Shown: positions 9,016 through 18,995, counted from the whole stretch's first letter. The stretch is DNA of 63,625 nt, filler included, from 4 parts of 4 records of this genome joined end to end with filler, not necessarily neighbours in it; one strand, 5' to 3'. Notes: generated from the sequence alone by a model not told the origin. Numbers and translations: made by a program.

Positions 9016-9816
9016 TTATTTTAATGTGATTACAAGACACTGACATGCACCACCAGATTTAAGAAACTCTGAGACATCAGCAACCACCGCATTAAGTCCA
9101 AGCTCTCTGACTTTATTCATAACTTCAATGTCTTCTGATGGAAAAATAACTGTGTCATTGATGACCACAGCGTTACATGCTAATTTATTGGCATCCTCTT
9201 CAGACACTGGAATCAAGTTAAAGATATCTGCAAACTCGGATAAAGATTCGTCTTTAAAGGCTTTTGGATAAAAGATGGCATCTTTATTTTCTGTGGGTAG
9301 CTGCTGAAAACAGGTGTCCAAATGGTAAAACTTTGGATCGGCTAATTCTACAATTTTTGGCTTAAGCCCAAATTCATTTGCAATATACAAAAGAGCTTCT
9401 TTATCACTTCTAATTCCATAAGAACCTACAAGATAGTCTCCTAAAACAAAGGCATCTCCTCTTCCTTCAAATTTGAATTCTGATGGAATTCTTGCAACTG
9501 TGTATCCATTTTCTGAAAACCAGTTAGCGTAAATCTCTTCTTCTCCTTGTCTTTCTTTGAATTTAAAGTTTGCAATTAACACTCTGTCTTCATTTACTAT
9601 TCCTGAGTTTGCAGTAAAGACTAAGTCTGGATAATTTTCACTTGGAGGAACTACTTTTACCTCTGCACCAGCATTTTCAATGGTTGATTTTAAGTTTTCC
9701 CACTGTTGCTTTGCTAAATCCAGGTTTACGTCTACTCCTTCAATCATCCAAGGATTTATAGAATATTCGACTTTAAAATAATCCGGTGAGCTCATTAGTA
9801 CTGTAGTATTTCCCAT
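9016..9816 (-). CDS. Dimethylarginine dimethylaminohydrolase/amidinotransferase family protein
   Basis: YSINPWM, PDLVFTANSG, FEGRGD, YHLDTC, EFLKSGGACQCL motifs. Confidence 0.88.
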   Translation of the reverse strand: MGNTTVLMSSPDYFKVEYSINPWMIEGVDVNLDLAKQQWENLKSTIENAGAEVKVVPPSENYPDLVFTANSGIVNEDRVLIANFKFKERQGEEEIYANWFSENGYTVARIPSEFKFEGRGDAFVLGDYLVGSYGIRSDKEALLYIANEFGLKPKIVELADPKFYHLDTCFQQLPTENKDAIFYPKAFKDESLSEFADIFNLIPVSEEDANKLACNAVVINDTVIFPSEDIEVMNKVRELGLNAVVADVSEFLKSGGACQCLVITLK

Positions 9817-9867
9817 ATGAATAATTTAACATTTTATACATACAATGTATAACTGTAAGGATATGAA

Positions 9868-10377
9868 ATGAAAATAATACCAATAAACACTGATAACTTG
9901 GTAAGGTGTCATCAAATTAATGAGGATAATACTCCCGAAGTTGGTACAACAACACTAGAAGAGTTCCAAAGCTTAATGGAGAATTCAGATTATGCATTTT
10001 CTATAGCTGAAGAAGATAAAGTAATAGGTTTTGTTATTTGTTTTCAAGATTCAAATAGTACTAAGTCATACATGGATACAATTATGCATAAAAATTTTAA
10101 ACAAATTAGTAAAAGGGTAAGTGACTTTTTGTATATTGATCGAATAGCGGTTGATGAGAATTATAGAAATCAAGCTATCGGTACAAAATTATATAGTGAA
10201 GTTATCGACTTTGCTAATACCAAGAAAATTAAACATTTAACTGCAGAAATAAATCTGCTTCCTAGCAAAAATACACCATCATTTAATTTTCATAAAAAAT
10301 TTAATTTTTCTGAATTAGATACAGTTAAATACTCAGAAGATTATGAAGTCTCCCTGCAAGTAAGAATGAATAGTTAG
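9868..10377 (+). CDS. GNAT family N-acetyltransferase
   Basis: FLYIDRIAVDENYRNQAIGTKLY (motif A) and EIN..P.N..S..FH.K..F. Confidence 0.85.
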   Translation: MKIIPINTDNLVRCHQINEDNTPEVGTTTLEEFQSLMENSDYAFSIAEEDKVIGFVICFQDSNSTKSYMDTIMHKNFKQISKRVSDFLYIDRIAVDENYRNQAIGTKLYSEVIDFANTKKIKHLTAEINLLPSKNTPSFNFHKKFNFSELDTVKYSEDYEVSLQVRMNS

Positions 10378-10390
10378 TTAGTATATCTAT

Positions 10391-10669
10391 ATGAAATTTA
10401 ACCTTCCGAGAAGACAAAGAAAAAGTTTTGAATCAATTACTAAAAAAATGATTTCTGATAATTTTAATAAAACAGAATCTACCGAACTATTTAATAATGT
10501 AAGAAAGCAATACACTGATGCTCCGCGTACTTTTGGAGCTAATCAAGGGAAAAAAGAAGCAACCCTTGAGCTACTAATTATCATTGGTAATCAAATCGCT
10601 GAAGAATACAAAGATCTTGAAGTAGAAATGGTTCTTGGTGTGCCTGAGTTATCAAAGACAAAAGCTTGA
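10391..10669 (+). CDS. Hypothetical protein
   Basis: 92-aa ORF tiling between GNAT and LysE genes; TAGTAT 6 nt before the ATG. Confidence 0.7.
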   Translation: MKFNLPRRQRKSFESITKKMISDNFNKTESTELFNNVRKQYTDAPRTFGANQGKKEATLELLIIIGNQIAEEYKDLEVEMVLGVPELSKTKA

Positions 10670-10688
10670 GAGTAAAAGTTACAACTTA

Positions 10689-11294
10689 GTGATTAGTTCA
10701 TCTGTATTAATACCATTTTTAATCATTCAATTTAGTGTTGCTTTTAGTCCAGGATTAATTATTGCTTTAGTGGTAAATCAATCTGTTCAGAATTCAAGAC
10801 GTAAGGGTATTGAAGTTGCACTTGGTGCCGCAACCGCAGCTATTGGATTAACTTTTGTTTCTGCATTAGTAGTGAGCCTATTAGTTAATACAGTGCCTGT
10901 GATGATTACTGTTATTTATTTCATTGGTTCAATCTATATCCTGATAAAGGGTTATCAAACAATTAGATCAAAAGTATCAACAGAAACTGGCCAAGATGGC
11001 AATACTGCTTTCCTTTCAGGCTTAAAAGTAAATTTTTTGAATCCTAAGATGTGGGTGTTCTACCTGACAGTCCTACCAATATATATGACAAGTGAGGGTG
11101 GTTACTTTTTAAGTTTGGTGTACCTAGGTCTTGTAACGTTAGTAATAAATTTTGTAGCAGATATAACTTATGCGTATACAAGTGACTTTTTCTTTAAAAA
11201 CTCATCTGAAAAGACAAAAAATATTATTAATAAATTGAGCGGTGTATCACTCGTTTTAATAGGTACTTACTTATTCGTCAGTAAGTTCTTTTGA
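10689..11294 (+). CDS. LysE/RhtB family translocator
   Basis: FSPG...VVNQSV, G..YI...G, F..G...NFLNPK motifs. GTG at 10689 chosen to avoid overlap with the upstream gene; start uncertain. Confidence 0.85.
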   Translation: MISSSVLIPFLIIQFSVAFSPGLIIALVVNQSVQNSRRKGIEVALGAATAAIGLTFVSALVVSLLVNTVPVMITVIYFIGSIYILIKGYQTIRSKVSTETGQDGNTAFLSGLKVNFLNPKMWVFYLTVLPIYMTSEGGYFLSLVYLGLVTLVINFVADITYAYTSDFFFKNSSEKTKNIINKLSGVSLVLIGTYLFVSKFF

Positions 11295-12212
11295 TTCTTC
11301 TTTATCTTCTTTAAATAGTTCGGAGATTGCCCCAATACTTCCTAAAGTTGCTGATAATTCAGCTGGTAAGAATATCTTAGTTGCATTGCCATCAGCAATT
11401 TTCTCCAATGATTCTAAATACTTAATTGCAATTAAATCATTTGATGGATTACCTTTGTGAATTGCATTAAATACTTGTTCAATAGCCGTCGCTTCACCTT
11501 CAGCAATTGCAATTTTTTCATATTTTTGTGCATCCGCAACAGCTTTAAGAGCTTCGGCTTCACCTTCAGCGGATAGAATCTGTGATTGTCTTTCACCTTC
11601 AGCAGTCAAAATTGTAGCTCTCTTCTCACCCTCAGCTTGGGTAACAGCAGCTCTTCTATCTCTTTCAGCTTTCATCACTTTGTTCATTGCATCTTGGACG
11701 TCTTGTGGAGGATCTACTCTTTGAATCTCAACTCTTACTACTTTTGTACCCCATTTATCAGTAGCATCATCAAGAATAAGTTTTAGCTGGGTATTAATAT
11801 TTTCTCTTGAAGTCAGTGCTGCATCTAATTCCAAATCACCCACAACATTTCTTAAGTTAGTTTGAGCTAGTTTTGTTGCAGCGGTAATAAAGTCCCCTAC
11901 GTTATAAACTAATTTCTGTGGATCTGTTGGTTCATAATATATGACAGCATCAACTGTGATATTTACGTTATCTTTGGTGATAACTTCTTGTGGGGGTACG
12001 TCAATAACTTGCTCTCTCATGTCAACTATAATGAGTTTTTCTACGCCAGGAATGACTATATTAAGTCCTGGTTTTGCTCCTCGGTTGTACTTACCAAATC
12101 TCTCAATTAGACCTTTTTCGAAGGGTCTTAATATCCTGAAAAGTCTAAAAACAATTACACCTATGATAATTATTCGAGCTAGTAGTCCTACAATATTTAA
12201 AATTTCATCCAT
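11271..12212 (-). CDS. SPFH/band 7 (stomatin/QmcA-like) protein
   Basis: ERFGKY...PGL, PQEVITKDNV.I.VDAV, TNLRNVVG.LELD, MKAER.RRA motifs. Confidence 0.92.
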   Translation of the reverse strand: MDEILNIVGLLARIIIIGVIVFRLFRILRPFEKGLIERFGKYNRGAKPGLNIVIPGVEKLIIVDMREQVIDVPPQEVITKDNVNITVDAVIYYEPTDPQKLVYNVGDFITAATKLAQTNLRNVVGDLELDAALTSRENINTQLKLILDDATDKWGTKVVRVEIQRVDPPQDVQDAMNKVMKAERDRRAAVTQAEGEKRATILTAEGERQSQILSAEGEAEALKAVADAQKYEKIAIAEGEATAIEQVFNAIHKGNPSNDLIAIKYLESLEKIADGNATKIFLPAELSATLGSIGAISELFKEDKEESKELTDE

Positions 12213-12246
12213 AACTTAATTATAGAGATAAAGCGTTTATAGTTTT

Positions 12247-12615
12247 TTATTCAGTGGCGTTTTCGGATTCTGTCTTTTCTTGCTCATATCTGTTTAAAGC
12301 AAGAACGAACATGACAAATAGGATTGTTGAACCAACTAGGAAAGTAAGGGGTAGAATTCTAATTTCAAAAGCGTTGAGTCCTTCTATCTCAGCAGGCTTT
12401 GGACCTCGTGGAGCATAAAGAACAAATAAAATAGAGTTGATTATTCCCCATCCGAACGTTCCTGCACCTACAACTAAAAAGGCCAGCCTTTTACCTAAGT
12501 TTGTAGCATTGATTAATAAAGTTGACCCAAGGAAAACTACCAGAGAACCTACAAACATTATTATTCCTGTAATTGTTAGATTTGCTGAAAGCAACGATCT
12601 CATTATGTCACGCAT
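12247..12615 (-). CDS. Hypothetical membrane protein (3 TM), last gene of the cytochrome bc cluster
   Basis: Three hydrophobic segments; overlaps the cytochrome c stop. Confidence 0.7.
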   Translation of the reverse strand: MRDIMRSLLSANLTITGIIMFVGSLVVFLGSTLLINATNLGKRLAFLVVGAGTFGWGIINSILFVLYAPRGPKPAEIEGLNAFEIRILPLTFLVGSTILFVMFVLALNRYEQEKTESENATE

Positions 12616-14032
12616 CAGGCCCCATTCCTCTTAAATAGTCTATCACTAATGCAATATCAGATTCTGGTAATACTGCACCAAATCCTGGCATTTTACCTCC
12701 ACCAACACCGTTCACACCATAGCCTTTGCCATTTACAGAACCATTAATAATAAAATCTATCAGGTCACCTCTTGATTTAAACTGAATATTTGCTCTACCA
12801 TTTCTAAGTGCTGGGCCTAAACCTCCAGAAGCAATTTCTTTAGTATAAGCAACTCCAGCGGAATAACCTGCTGTATGACACCTTGCACAATAAGCATTGA
12901 ATAAGCCAACCGCTCTCTTTGCTGCGTCAATGTCACCATCAAATGTTGTATCAGCTATCTCTTCATAGGAGACTTGCCATAGCTGTTGTTCTAGTGCTGT
13001 CTCAAGGAAATCTAATCCTTGGAGTCCTTCATTTAAAAATTTCTCTTGTCCGTCAACGAGTATTCCAGTGTTAATTAGCTGAGAGTTGAGTTGTGACAAA
13101 TACCCTTTTGCAACAGAGCCATCTTTTCTTGATGGTGTTGACTCTTCCTCTTCTGGGTTTAAATTAAGAACTGATAAGCCAACAACATCTGCGATTCTTG
13201 CGCTGTACTCAGATAGTTCAATTTCTACAGAATCATAAAGTCCATCTTCATCAGAATCGATTCCACTTTCTCGTTCTAATAAAGCTGTAATCTTTTCAAC
13301 TGCTTCTTCTAGGACAGGTAGTTTTGCTGGTCCAGCTTTAATTTCTTCAATTAAAAGTTTTTGATTAATAATTTCATTTTCTACTTGAAGCGCTGAGTTT
13401 TCAATTCTCAACAATGCAGAATTTACATTTGATTCGATAGTTCCAAGTTCAAATGATTGTTCAACTTGGAATGAGTGTAAATAGTCAAGAAGATCATTTA
13501 ATTGACCATCGTTCATAGGGCCACCGCCTTCAAGTCCCCAAGCAGGCATAGGTGAATTAGCTCTTCCATAAATGAGCCAGTACTTGACTTCTTCATTATC
13601 GTATCTATAAAAAACATTATTTATAGCTGGTGCTGCCCACGTGACTTTTACACCACTTCGTTTTTCAACATATGATGCTGCTCCTCCGCCTCCATCTACA
13701 CCGTGACAGTTACCACAACCAAACTCTTCATAAAGATGGTGGCCTCTTTCAATAGAGACATCTTCAAATTCTTCTACAAAGCTTTCTTGACGGCTATCTT
13801 CTCCTAGGTAGTAAAGCGGAATCATAATTGTGAGTACTGAAGCAATTAGAACTGCCCATGATAAAGATTTATCAAGATGCTTTGTTTCCAATTCGTCATC
13901 AGATTTATATTTGCTGAGGTTTGCTGGAGTTTCTTCTTTTTTACCTGATCCTCTAAATCCAACAGCTGCAAAATATGCCAACGCACCTACAATTGCTAGC
14001 GAAAGTAAAGTAATAAATATAGAACTGTTCAT
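12608..14032 (-). CDS. Membrane-anchored diheme c-type cytochrome of the cytochrome bc complex
   Basis: Two CxxCH motifs (CGNCH, CARCH), each followed by an MP axial Met (MPAW, MPGF); two N-terminal TMs; adjacent to the Rieske gene. Confidence 0.85.
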   Translation of the reverse strand: MNSSIFITLLSLAIVGALAYFAAVGFRGSGKKEETPANLSKYKSDDELETKHLDKSLSWAVLIASVLTIMIPLYYLGEDSRQESFVEEFEDVSIERGHHLYEEFGCGNCHGVDGGGGAASYVEKRSGVKVTWAAPAINNVFYRYDNEEVKYWLIYGRANSPMPAWGLEGGGPMNDGQLNDLLDYLHSFQVEQSFELGTIESNVNSALLRIENSALQVENEIINQKLLIEEIKAGPAKLPVLEEAVEKITALLERESGIDSDEDGLYDSVEIELSEYSARIADVVGLSVLNLNPEEEESTPSRKDGSVAKGYLSQLNSQLINTGILVDGQEKFLNEGLQGLDFLETALEQQLWQVSYEEIADTTFDGDIDAAKRAVGLFNAYCARCHTAGYSAGVAYTKEIASGGLGPALRNGRANIQFKSRGDLIDFIINGSVNGKGYGVNGVGGGKMPGFGAVLPESDIALVIDYLRGMGPDA

Positions 14033-14928
14033 TATGATTCTTCAGTTGGTGCTAATGCAATACATGAAAGACCTTGAGGATATTTAACTGATAGTCCAGG
14101 AGCTCTTGGTGACTCAATAATTGTTCCAGTATCAATAATTAATTTTCCGGCAGATGATACATTGACTACAAATCTATCCAAGTTTCTTGGTGCTGGTCCA
14201 GCATAATACTCCCCAACCATATTGTATTTAGAACCATGGCATGGACATTCAAATCCTTGAGAAGAGTTACACCATGGAACCCTGCAACCTAAATGTACGC
14301 ATCTTTGGTAAACGGCTACAAGTCCTTCAGCGATTGTGGAGCCATCTGTAAATTGCGATGAGCCTGCTGAGCTCTCACTAAATGGAAGGACATAAGCCCT
14401 TGCCTCTGGAATGAATGCAGGGATGACTGATCCATCAGCTTGGATAATTTGATTTTTTAAATCTTCAATTTTTCCAGCATCAACCTTGGAACCAAAACCA
14501 CCAGATACCTTTGGCCATAAAAAGCCAAGCCATGCAAGTGCTTGAATACCCATGAATGCACCAAACGTACCTCCTAGGGCTTTTCCTAAAAATTGTTTTC
14601 TTGTGATGTATCTCTCTTCTTCGGAGATTTCTTCATAAACAACTTTTTCCTCAATCTTGATTGAGCCATCAGTTTGTTCTGCTTCTTCATCTGTTTCCTC
14701 TACATCAGTAACTTCAGCTACATTTACCTCTTCAACAGATTTTGGTTTTTTAGGTGCAAAGAAACTTGTTTTCTCTTTTGATTTTTCAGCTTTGACAGCT
14801 CTTTTATCTAGATTCTTTTTCCAGTCAATATTTCCTGGCCCTCTGCCAGTTACGATTGCAATTATTCCTACAACACCTAGTACACCCACTGCTCCAATAG
14901 CAATAAAAGATAACTCAACTATGCTCAT
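14032..14928 (-). CDS. Rieske 2Fe-2S subunit of the cytochrome bc complex
   Basis: CVHLGC and CPCHGS boxes, GPAPRNL. Start placed at the ATGA overlap with the upstream gene (track start 14943 is an alternative). Confidence 0.9.
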   Translation of the reverse strand: MSIVELSFIAIGAVGVLGVVGIIAIVTGRGPGNIDWKKNLDKRAVKAEKSKEKTSFFAPKKPKSVEEVNVAEVTDVEETDEEAEQTDGSIKIEEKVVYEEISEEERYITRKQFLGKALGGTFGAFMGIQALAWLGFLWPKVSGGFGSKVDAGKIEDLKNQIIQADGSVIPAFIPEARAYVLPFSESSAGSSQFTDGSTIAEGLVAVYQRCVHLGCRVPWCNSSQGFECPCHGSKYNMVGEYYAGPAPRNLDRFVVNVSSAGKLIIDTGTIIESPRAPGLSVKYPQGLSCIALAPTEES

Positions 14929-15542
14929 TCGAAATATATCCAATCTAATAAGTCATCAAACCAGATTCCATCAATCCATGGGTATGTCCAGTTCCAACCA
15001 GGACCTCTAAACAACACACCTATGATGGTAAGTGTTCCAGCTCCTGCTAGGAAAAAGGTAAACATCATGATTGCATACTTTCTCTTTGAAGGATTGTTTT
15101 CTGGATTTCTGTCTATGTATGGGATTGCAGCAAAACCTATCAACCCAATTACTAGAGGAATCATAACACCAGCTATTTGAGGATCCCAATAAGAAAGTGC
15201 CTCCTGAAGACCAAGGAAATACCATGGTGCTTTTGCTGGGTTTGGAGTGATGTTCGGATTTGCTTCTTCGAGTAATGGTGCCTGTAGTATTGCACTTAAT
15301 ATAATTAGGAATGCCATCATTGCCATCAAAGATATAAATTCTGGCAGCATGAGGTGTGGCCAAGTATTCACTTTATCAACTGGCTCAGCAGATGCTTTTT
15401 GAATCGGTTTGGCTTTAACAACTGTTAATAATCTCTGAGTTACTTTGACCTCTGGAGCAAAATCTACTTCTTCAGGAGAATCATCTTTTGCCGGTGCAGG
15501 TGCTTTAGCTTTTACAGGTGCAGGTACTTCAGCTTTTGCTGG
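14925..15542 (-). CDS. Cytochrome b C-terminal subunit (subunit IV-like), 5'-truncated by contig end
   Basis: APLLEEANPNITPNPAKAPWYFLGLQE and IPYIDR motifs. Frame stays open to the contig end with a Pro/Ala/Lys-rich N-terminal part (PAKAEVPAPVKAKAPAPAK). Confidence 0.88.
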   Translation of the reverse strand, partial: PAKAEVPAPVKAKAPAPAKDDSPEEVDFAPEVKVTQRLLTVVKAKPIQKASAEPVDKVNTWPHLMLPEFISLMAMMAFLIILSAILQAPLLEEANPNITPNPAKAPWYFLGLQEALSYWDPQIAGVMIPLVIGLIGFAAIPYIDRNPENNPSKRKYAIMMFTFFLAGAGTLTIIGVLFRGPGWNWTYPWIDGIWFDDLLDWIYFE

Positions 15543-15543
15543 C

Positions 15544-15643
15544 NNNNNNNNNNNNNNNNNNNNNNNNNNNNNNNNNNNNNNNNNNNNTTAATTAATTAAN
15601 NNNNNNNNNNNNNNNNNNNNNNNNNNNNNNNNNNNNNNNNNNN
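15544..15643. other. Artificial contig linker
   Basis: 100 nt: N-run, TTAATTAATTAA (stops in all six frames), N-run; genes truncated on both sides. Confidence 0.98.
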
Positions 15644-15790
15644 ACTCAATTTGCTGATGGTGGTGAATTTGGTCTTGGCGGTGAGATAGGTATTGCTACA
15701 GGTAAATTCCATGCAAGAGGTCCGGTTGGCATTGACCAACTTACAAGCTTTAAATATATCGTCTCAGGTGATGGTCACATAAGAGATTAG
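15644..15790 (+). CDS. proA: Gamma-glutamyl phosphate reductase, C-terminal fragment
   Basis: Manual translation [48 protein letters not shown]. Confidence 0.93.
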   Translation, partial: TQFADGGEFGLGGEIGIATGKFHARGPVGIDQLTSFKYIVSGDGHIRD

Positions 15791-15791
15791 C

Positions 15792-16526
15792 TTAAATATA
15801 GACGTCAAATCTTGTTGTCTTGCCTAAAACTTGATAATTAAGTTGCGATGAAAAACTCTTAGCTTTTATGGGTCTTTTTACAACCATTTTTTTTGCAGGT
15901 ATTAATTGCAAAACTTCAAAGTCATTTATTGGATTATTTTTCAGGGACTCTACTTCTAAAATCTTTGATAGATACTCTAGCTGCCCAGAACTTAGAGCAT
16001 TTTTTTTTGAAGGTGGATACATAGGATCAAAGTAAATCACATCAAAATTTTTGGCCTGAGCGGCATAAGAGCATGCATTAGTATGAATAAGATCGAGTTG
16101 TAAAAAAATGCTCTGATCCTCGCTTCGACTTATTCCATCTTGAAGTAAATAAAATAAAATTTTACTTTGCTCAAGCGCTGTGACTTGATGGCCTAGACTA
16201 AGAAATAATAAAGCATCTTGTAACATCCCTGCCGTGCAATCAAGGATGTTCAATGGCCGCTCTGACTTACCTAAGGCTTTCTTGATCAGCTTTTCATGAT
16301 TGGCTCTTTTGATGCGCCATCCTGTTGAACCAGAATTAAAATCTATTCGAAATTGATTGGTTGATCTTGCCTCTGGATGAAAAAATGATAATCCAGCCTC
16401 TGATAAATAGAGATGCGGTAGATGATTGAGTTCTTGATTGGGGCTTGCAATAGTTCCAAGCTTGTTTGCCATTTCCTCAGCTAAACTTTGTTGAATGCCT
16501 GATGCATAGACAAGAGGAGGTATCAT
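15792..16526 (-). CDS. rsmJ: 16S rRNA m2G1516 methyltransferase
   Basis: ILDCTAG...DA, VIYFDPMYP, VVKRP, GKTTRFDVY motifs. Confidence 0.88.
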   Translation of the reverse strand: MIPPLVYASGIQQSLAEEMANKLGTIASPNQELNHLPHLYLSEAGLSFFHPEARSTNQFRIDFNSGSTGWRIKRANHEKLIKKALGKSERPLNILDCTAGMLQDALLFLSLGHQVTALEQSKILFYLLQDGISRSEDQSIFLQLDLIHTNACSYAAQAKNFDVIYFDPMYPPSKKNALSSGQLEYLSKILEVESLKNNPINDFEVLQLIPAKKMVVKRPIKAKSFSSQLNYQVLGKTTRFDVYI

Positions 16527-17317
16527 AAAAGCAAAAGCACCAAACCTAGGGCAACTCTATACAGAACAAATGGCGTCATCCCAATCTTTTCAACAAATTG
16601 AAGAAAAGTCTTAATAGTAAAAAATGCTATTAAAGCAGAGGCGGTAAAGCCTGTGAGCATTATGAACATGTCACTTAAGGCAATTGAATAAGCGCCCTTG
16701 GCAAGCATTAATATCAAAGCGCCCAAAATTGTAGGAATGCTTAATAAAAAAGCAAACTTTGAAGTATCTTTGATATTTAATCCAATAATTAGCGCTCCTG
16801 TGATTGCCATACCTGATCTGGAGGCGCCTGGAAAAACAGCTAAGGCTTGAAAACAACCAATTATTAAGGCCGCAAATAAAGTTAACTCAGTTAAGGATTT
16901 AGATTGACTTGAGGACTTAAAGGCGGCGTATAGCAAACCAGCAAATACAAGGTTTGCCCAAGCAATTGAATTGATGCTTGTAGATCTGGACTCAGTTAAA
17001 TCAGATGCAAGCAATCCAACAATAACAATTGGCAAGGTTGCAACAAGAAGATTTAATCCCAGGGAAAAATCTTCTTTGCTCCTAGTTTGTCTCCAGGGCA
17101 TCCAAGCATAAATCAGTCCTTGAATTTCTTTTTTGAAAAAATAAATTACTGCAGCTAAGGTTCCTGCGTGAACTGAAATATCAAAGACAATACCAAAATC
17201 TTTTGCTCCAAATAATAGAGATGGAAACAACAAATGCGCTGAGCTAGAGATAGGCAAAAATTCAGTTAGGCCCTGAATTAGAGCAATAAGCAGTGCAAGG
17301 AAAAAATCTGAAATCAT
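16523..17317 (-). CDS. uppP: Undecaprenyl-diphosphatase
   Basis: IQGLTEFLPISSSAHL, PGASRSG, F..YR motifs. Confidence 0.95.
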   Translation of the reverse strand: MISDFFLALLIALIQGLTEFLPISSSAHLLFPSLLFGAKDFGIVFDISVHAGTLAAVIYFFKKEIQGLIYAWMPWRQTRSKEDFSLGLNLLVATLPIVIVGLLASDLTESRSTSINSIAWANLVFAGLLYAAFKSSSQSKSLTELTLFAALIIGCFQALAVFPGASRSGMAITGALIIGLNIKDTSKFAFLLSIPTILGALILMLAKGAYSIALSDMFIMLTGFTASALIAFFTIKTFLQFVEKIGMTPFVLYRVALGLVLLLL

Positions 17318-17973
17318 GATTTTTGATAATCAGGAGTTTTAAGATAAACGGGATTTGCATTCTCAGGAAGAAAGCTTTCAACAGTTTCCAGTTTTTTCTT
17401 AGCCAATGATGCAATGGACTCAGCACTTCCTGCAACTTGAGATAAAAAATTAGAATGCTTTGTTGCTTCCATCGGCCAGCCCGTTCCAGCAAAATAACAA
17501 TCTTCGTCGTTTACTAAAGCTGTTAATTTATCCATCGCAATAACTGACTCATTTACTATTGGCGAAAGCTTATCCTGATTCTTTTGATAACTACAAAAAT
17601 AGCTTTCTTTTGAATCAGCTTCAATGGCTACATAAATTTTTGCTTCAGTTACATCAATCCATTGAGATGCCTGATGAGCAATGGACTCAAGATTAGAGAT
17701 TGCGATCAGCGGCAATTCCTTTACTTCTGCTATCGCTTTTAAAAAGGACGCGGTGATTCTGAGTGCTGTGTACGAGCCAGGACCACAAGCAAAAGCTAGA
17801 CCATCAAGCTCATCAAAACCTTGCTTTGAATCAAAACCAATCCTAGCAAAAAGCTTGTCCCAGTCTGGTCTCTCTTTTCGGTCATGGGTTTGGGTGAAAG
17901 TATTTATCTCATCATCATTTAGCAGGGAGATTGATGAGTAATTTCCACTGACATCAAGAGATAAAATTTTCAT
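17314..17973 (-). CDS. tsaB: tRNA t6A biosynthesis protein TsaB
   Basis: MKILSLD.S, GPGSYTALRI, ISNL, C-terminal PVYL. Confidence 0.9.
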   Translation of the reverse strand: MKILSLDVSGNYSSISLLNDDEINTFTQTHDRKERPDWDKLFARIGFDSKQGFDELDGLAFACGPGSYTALRITASFLKAIAEVKELPLIAISNLESIAHQASQWIDVTEAKIYVAIEADSKESYFCSYQKNQDKLSPIVNESVIAMDKLTALVNDEDCYFAGTGWPMEATKHSNFLSQVAGSAESIASLAKKKLETVESFLPENANPVYLKTPDYQKS

Positions 17974-17977
17974 TCAA

Positions 17978-18622
17978 TTAAAAATTTTGCTCAATATCCT
18001 CAAATACCTTTTCAACGGATTGGGAACCATCAACAGCAATATACTTGAGGGAACTTTTATTTTCTTGCGATTGATAATAAGTTACCAATGGCTTTGTTTC
18101 ATCTTGGTAAACTTGCAATCGATGTTTAACTGTTTCTGGCATATCATCTTCCCTTTGTATGAGAGGCTCTCCAGTGATATCATCCACGCCTTCAATCTTA
18201 GGCGGTTGGTAGACCAGATGATAATTTCTTCCTGAACCTGGATGCACTCTTCTGCCAGACATTCTATCTACGATTACATCATCATCAACCTTAATCTCAA
18301 TTACATGAGTAAACTCAATGCTATTTTCAACACACAAATCTGCTTGGCCAACAGTTCTTATTCCGCCATCAAATAAAAATCCATTTACACAGTCAGGTTG
18401 AGCAATACGATCGAGAATTAATTCAATGATAATTTGATCGGAAACTAAGCCACCTGAATTCATAATATCTGTAACTTTTTGACCCAACTCACTCCCAGAT
18501 GCAATGGCTGATCGCAACATATCCCCAGTGCTGATTTTAGGGATTTTGAGAGATTCACAAATGATGTCTGCTTGAGTGCCTTTGCCAGCACCTGGTGGCC
18601 CTAAGAGAAGTATTTTATTCAT
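17978..18622 (-). CDS. adk: Adenylate kinase
   Basis: GPPGAGKGTQA, ISTGDMLR, LID region GRRVHPGSGRNYH, QREDD. Confidence 0.97.
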   Translation of the reverse strand: MNKILLLGPPGAGKGTQADIICESLKIPKISTGDMLRSAIASGSELGQKVTDIMNSGGLVSDQIIIELILDRIAQPDCVNGFLFDGGIRTVGQADLCVENSIEFTHVIEIKVDDDVIVDRMSGRRVHPGSGRNYHLVYQPPKIEGVDDITGEPLIQREDDMPETVKHRLQVYQDETKPLVTYYQSQENKSSLKYIAVDGSQSVEKVFEDIEQNF

Positions 18623-18995
18623 TTTCTAATACTGCAAATGCAAGTAGGTAGTTACTTTCATCGGCTAGACTAACATGGGATTTAATGATGCCCAAGTTCT
18701 CAACATAAGATTTTGCTTTTCCAGACAATAGAACTTCTGGTTTGCCTGATGAATTTCTTAATATTTGGATATCTTTGGGAAATACTGGATCTTTGAATCC
18801 CGTCCCGAGAGCTTTCACAAAGGCTTCTTTGGCTGCAAATTGTTTGCCAAGATATGAGTAATTGCGCTCTTTTGTCATTTCAGTAAATTTTTTAAGCTCT
18901 TGATCGCCTAAAATTTTTTTGGCAAACGCAGACAGAGATTTCATTTTTTTAATTCTTTCAAGATCAACCAAATCTGTACCTATTCCATAAATCAT
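18615..18995 (-). CDS. acpS: Holo-ACP synthase
   Basis: GIGTDLV, FAAKEAFVKALGTG, GKP motifs. Confidence 0.95.
   Translation of the reverse strand: MIYGIGTDLVDLERIKKMKSLSAFAKKILGDQELKKFTEMTKERNYSYLGKQFAAKEAFVKALGTGFKDPVFPKDIQILRNSSGKPEVLLSGKAKSYVENLGIIKSHVSLADESNYLLAFAVLENE

Noticed and set aside
15588-15599. TTAATTAATTAA repeated three times in the window
   Set aside because: Synthetic six-frame-stop linker, not biological.
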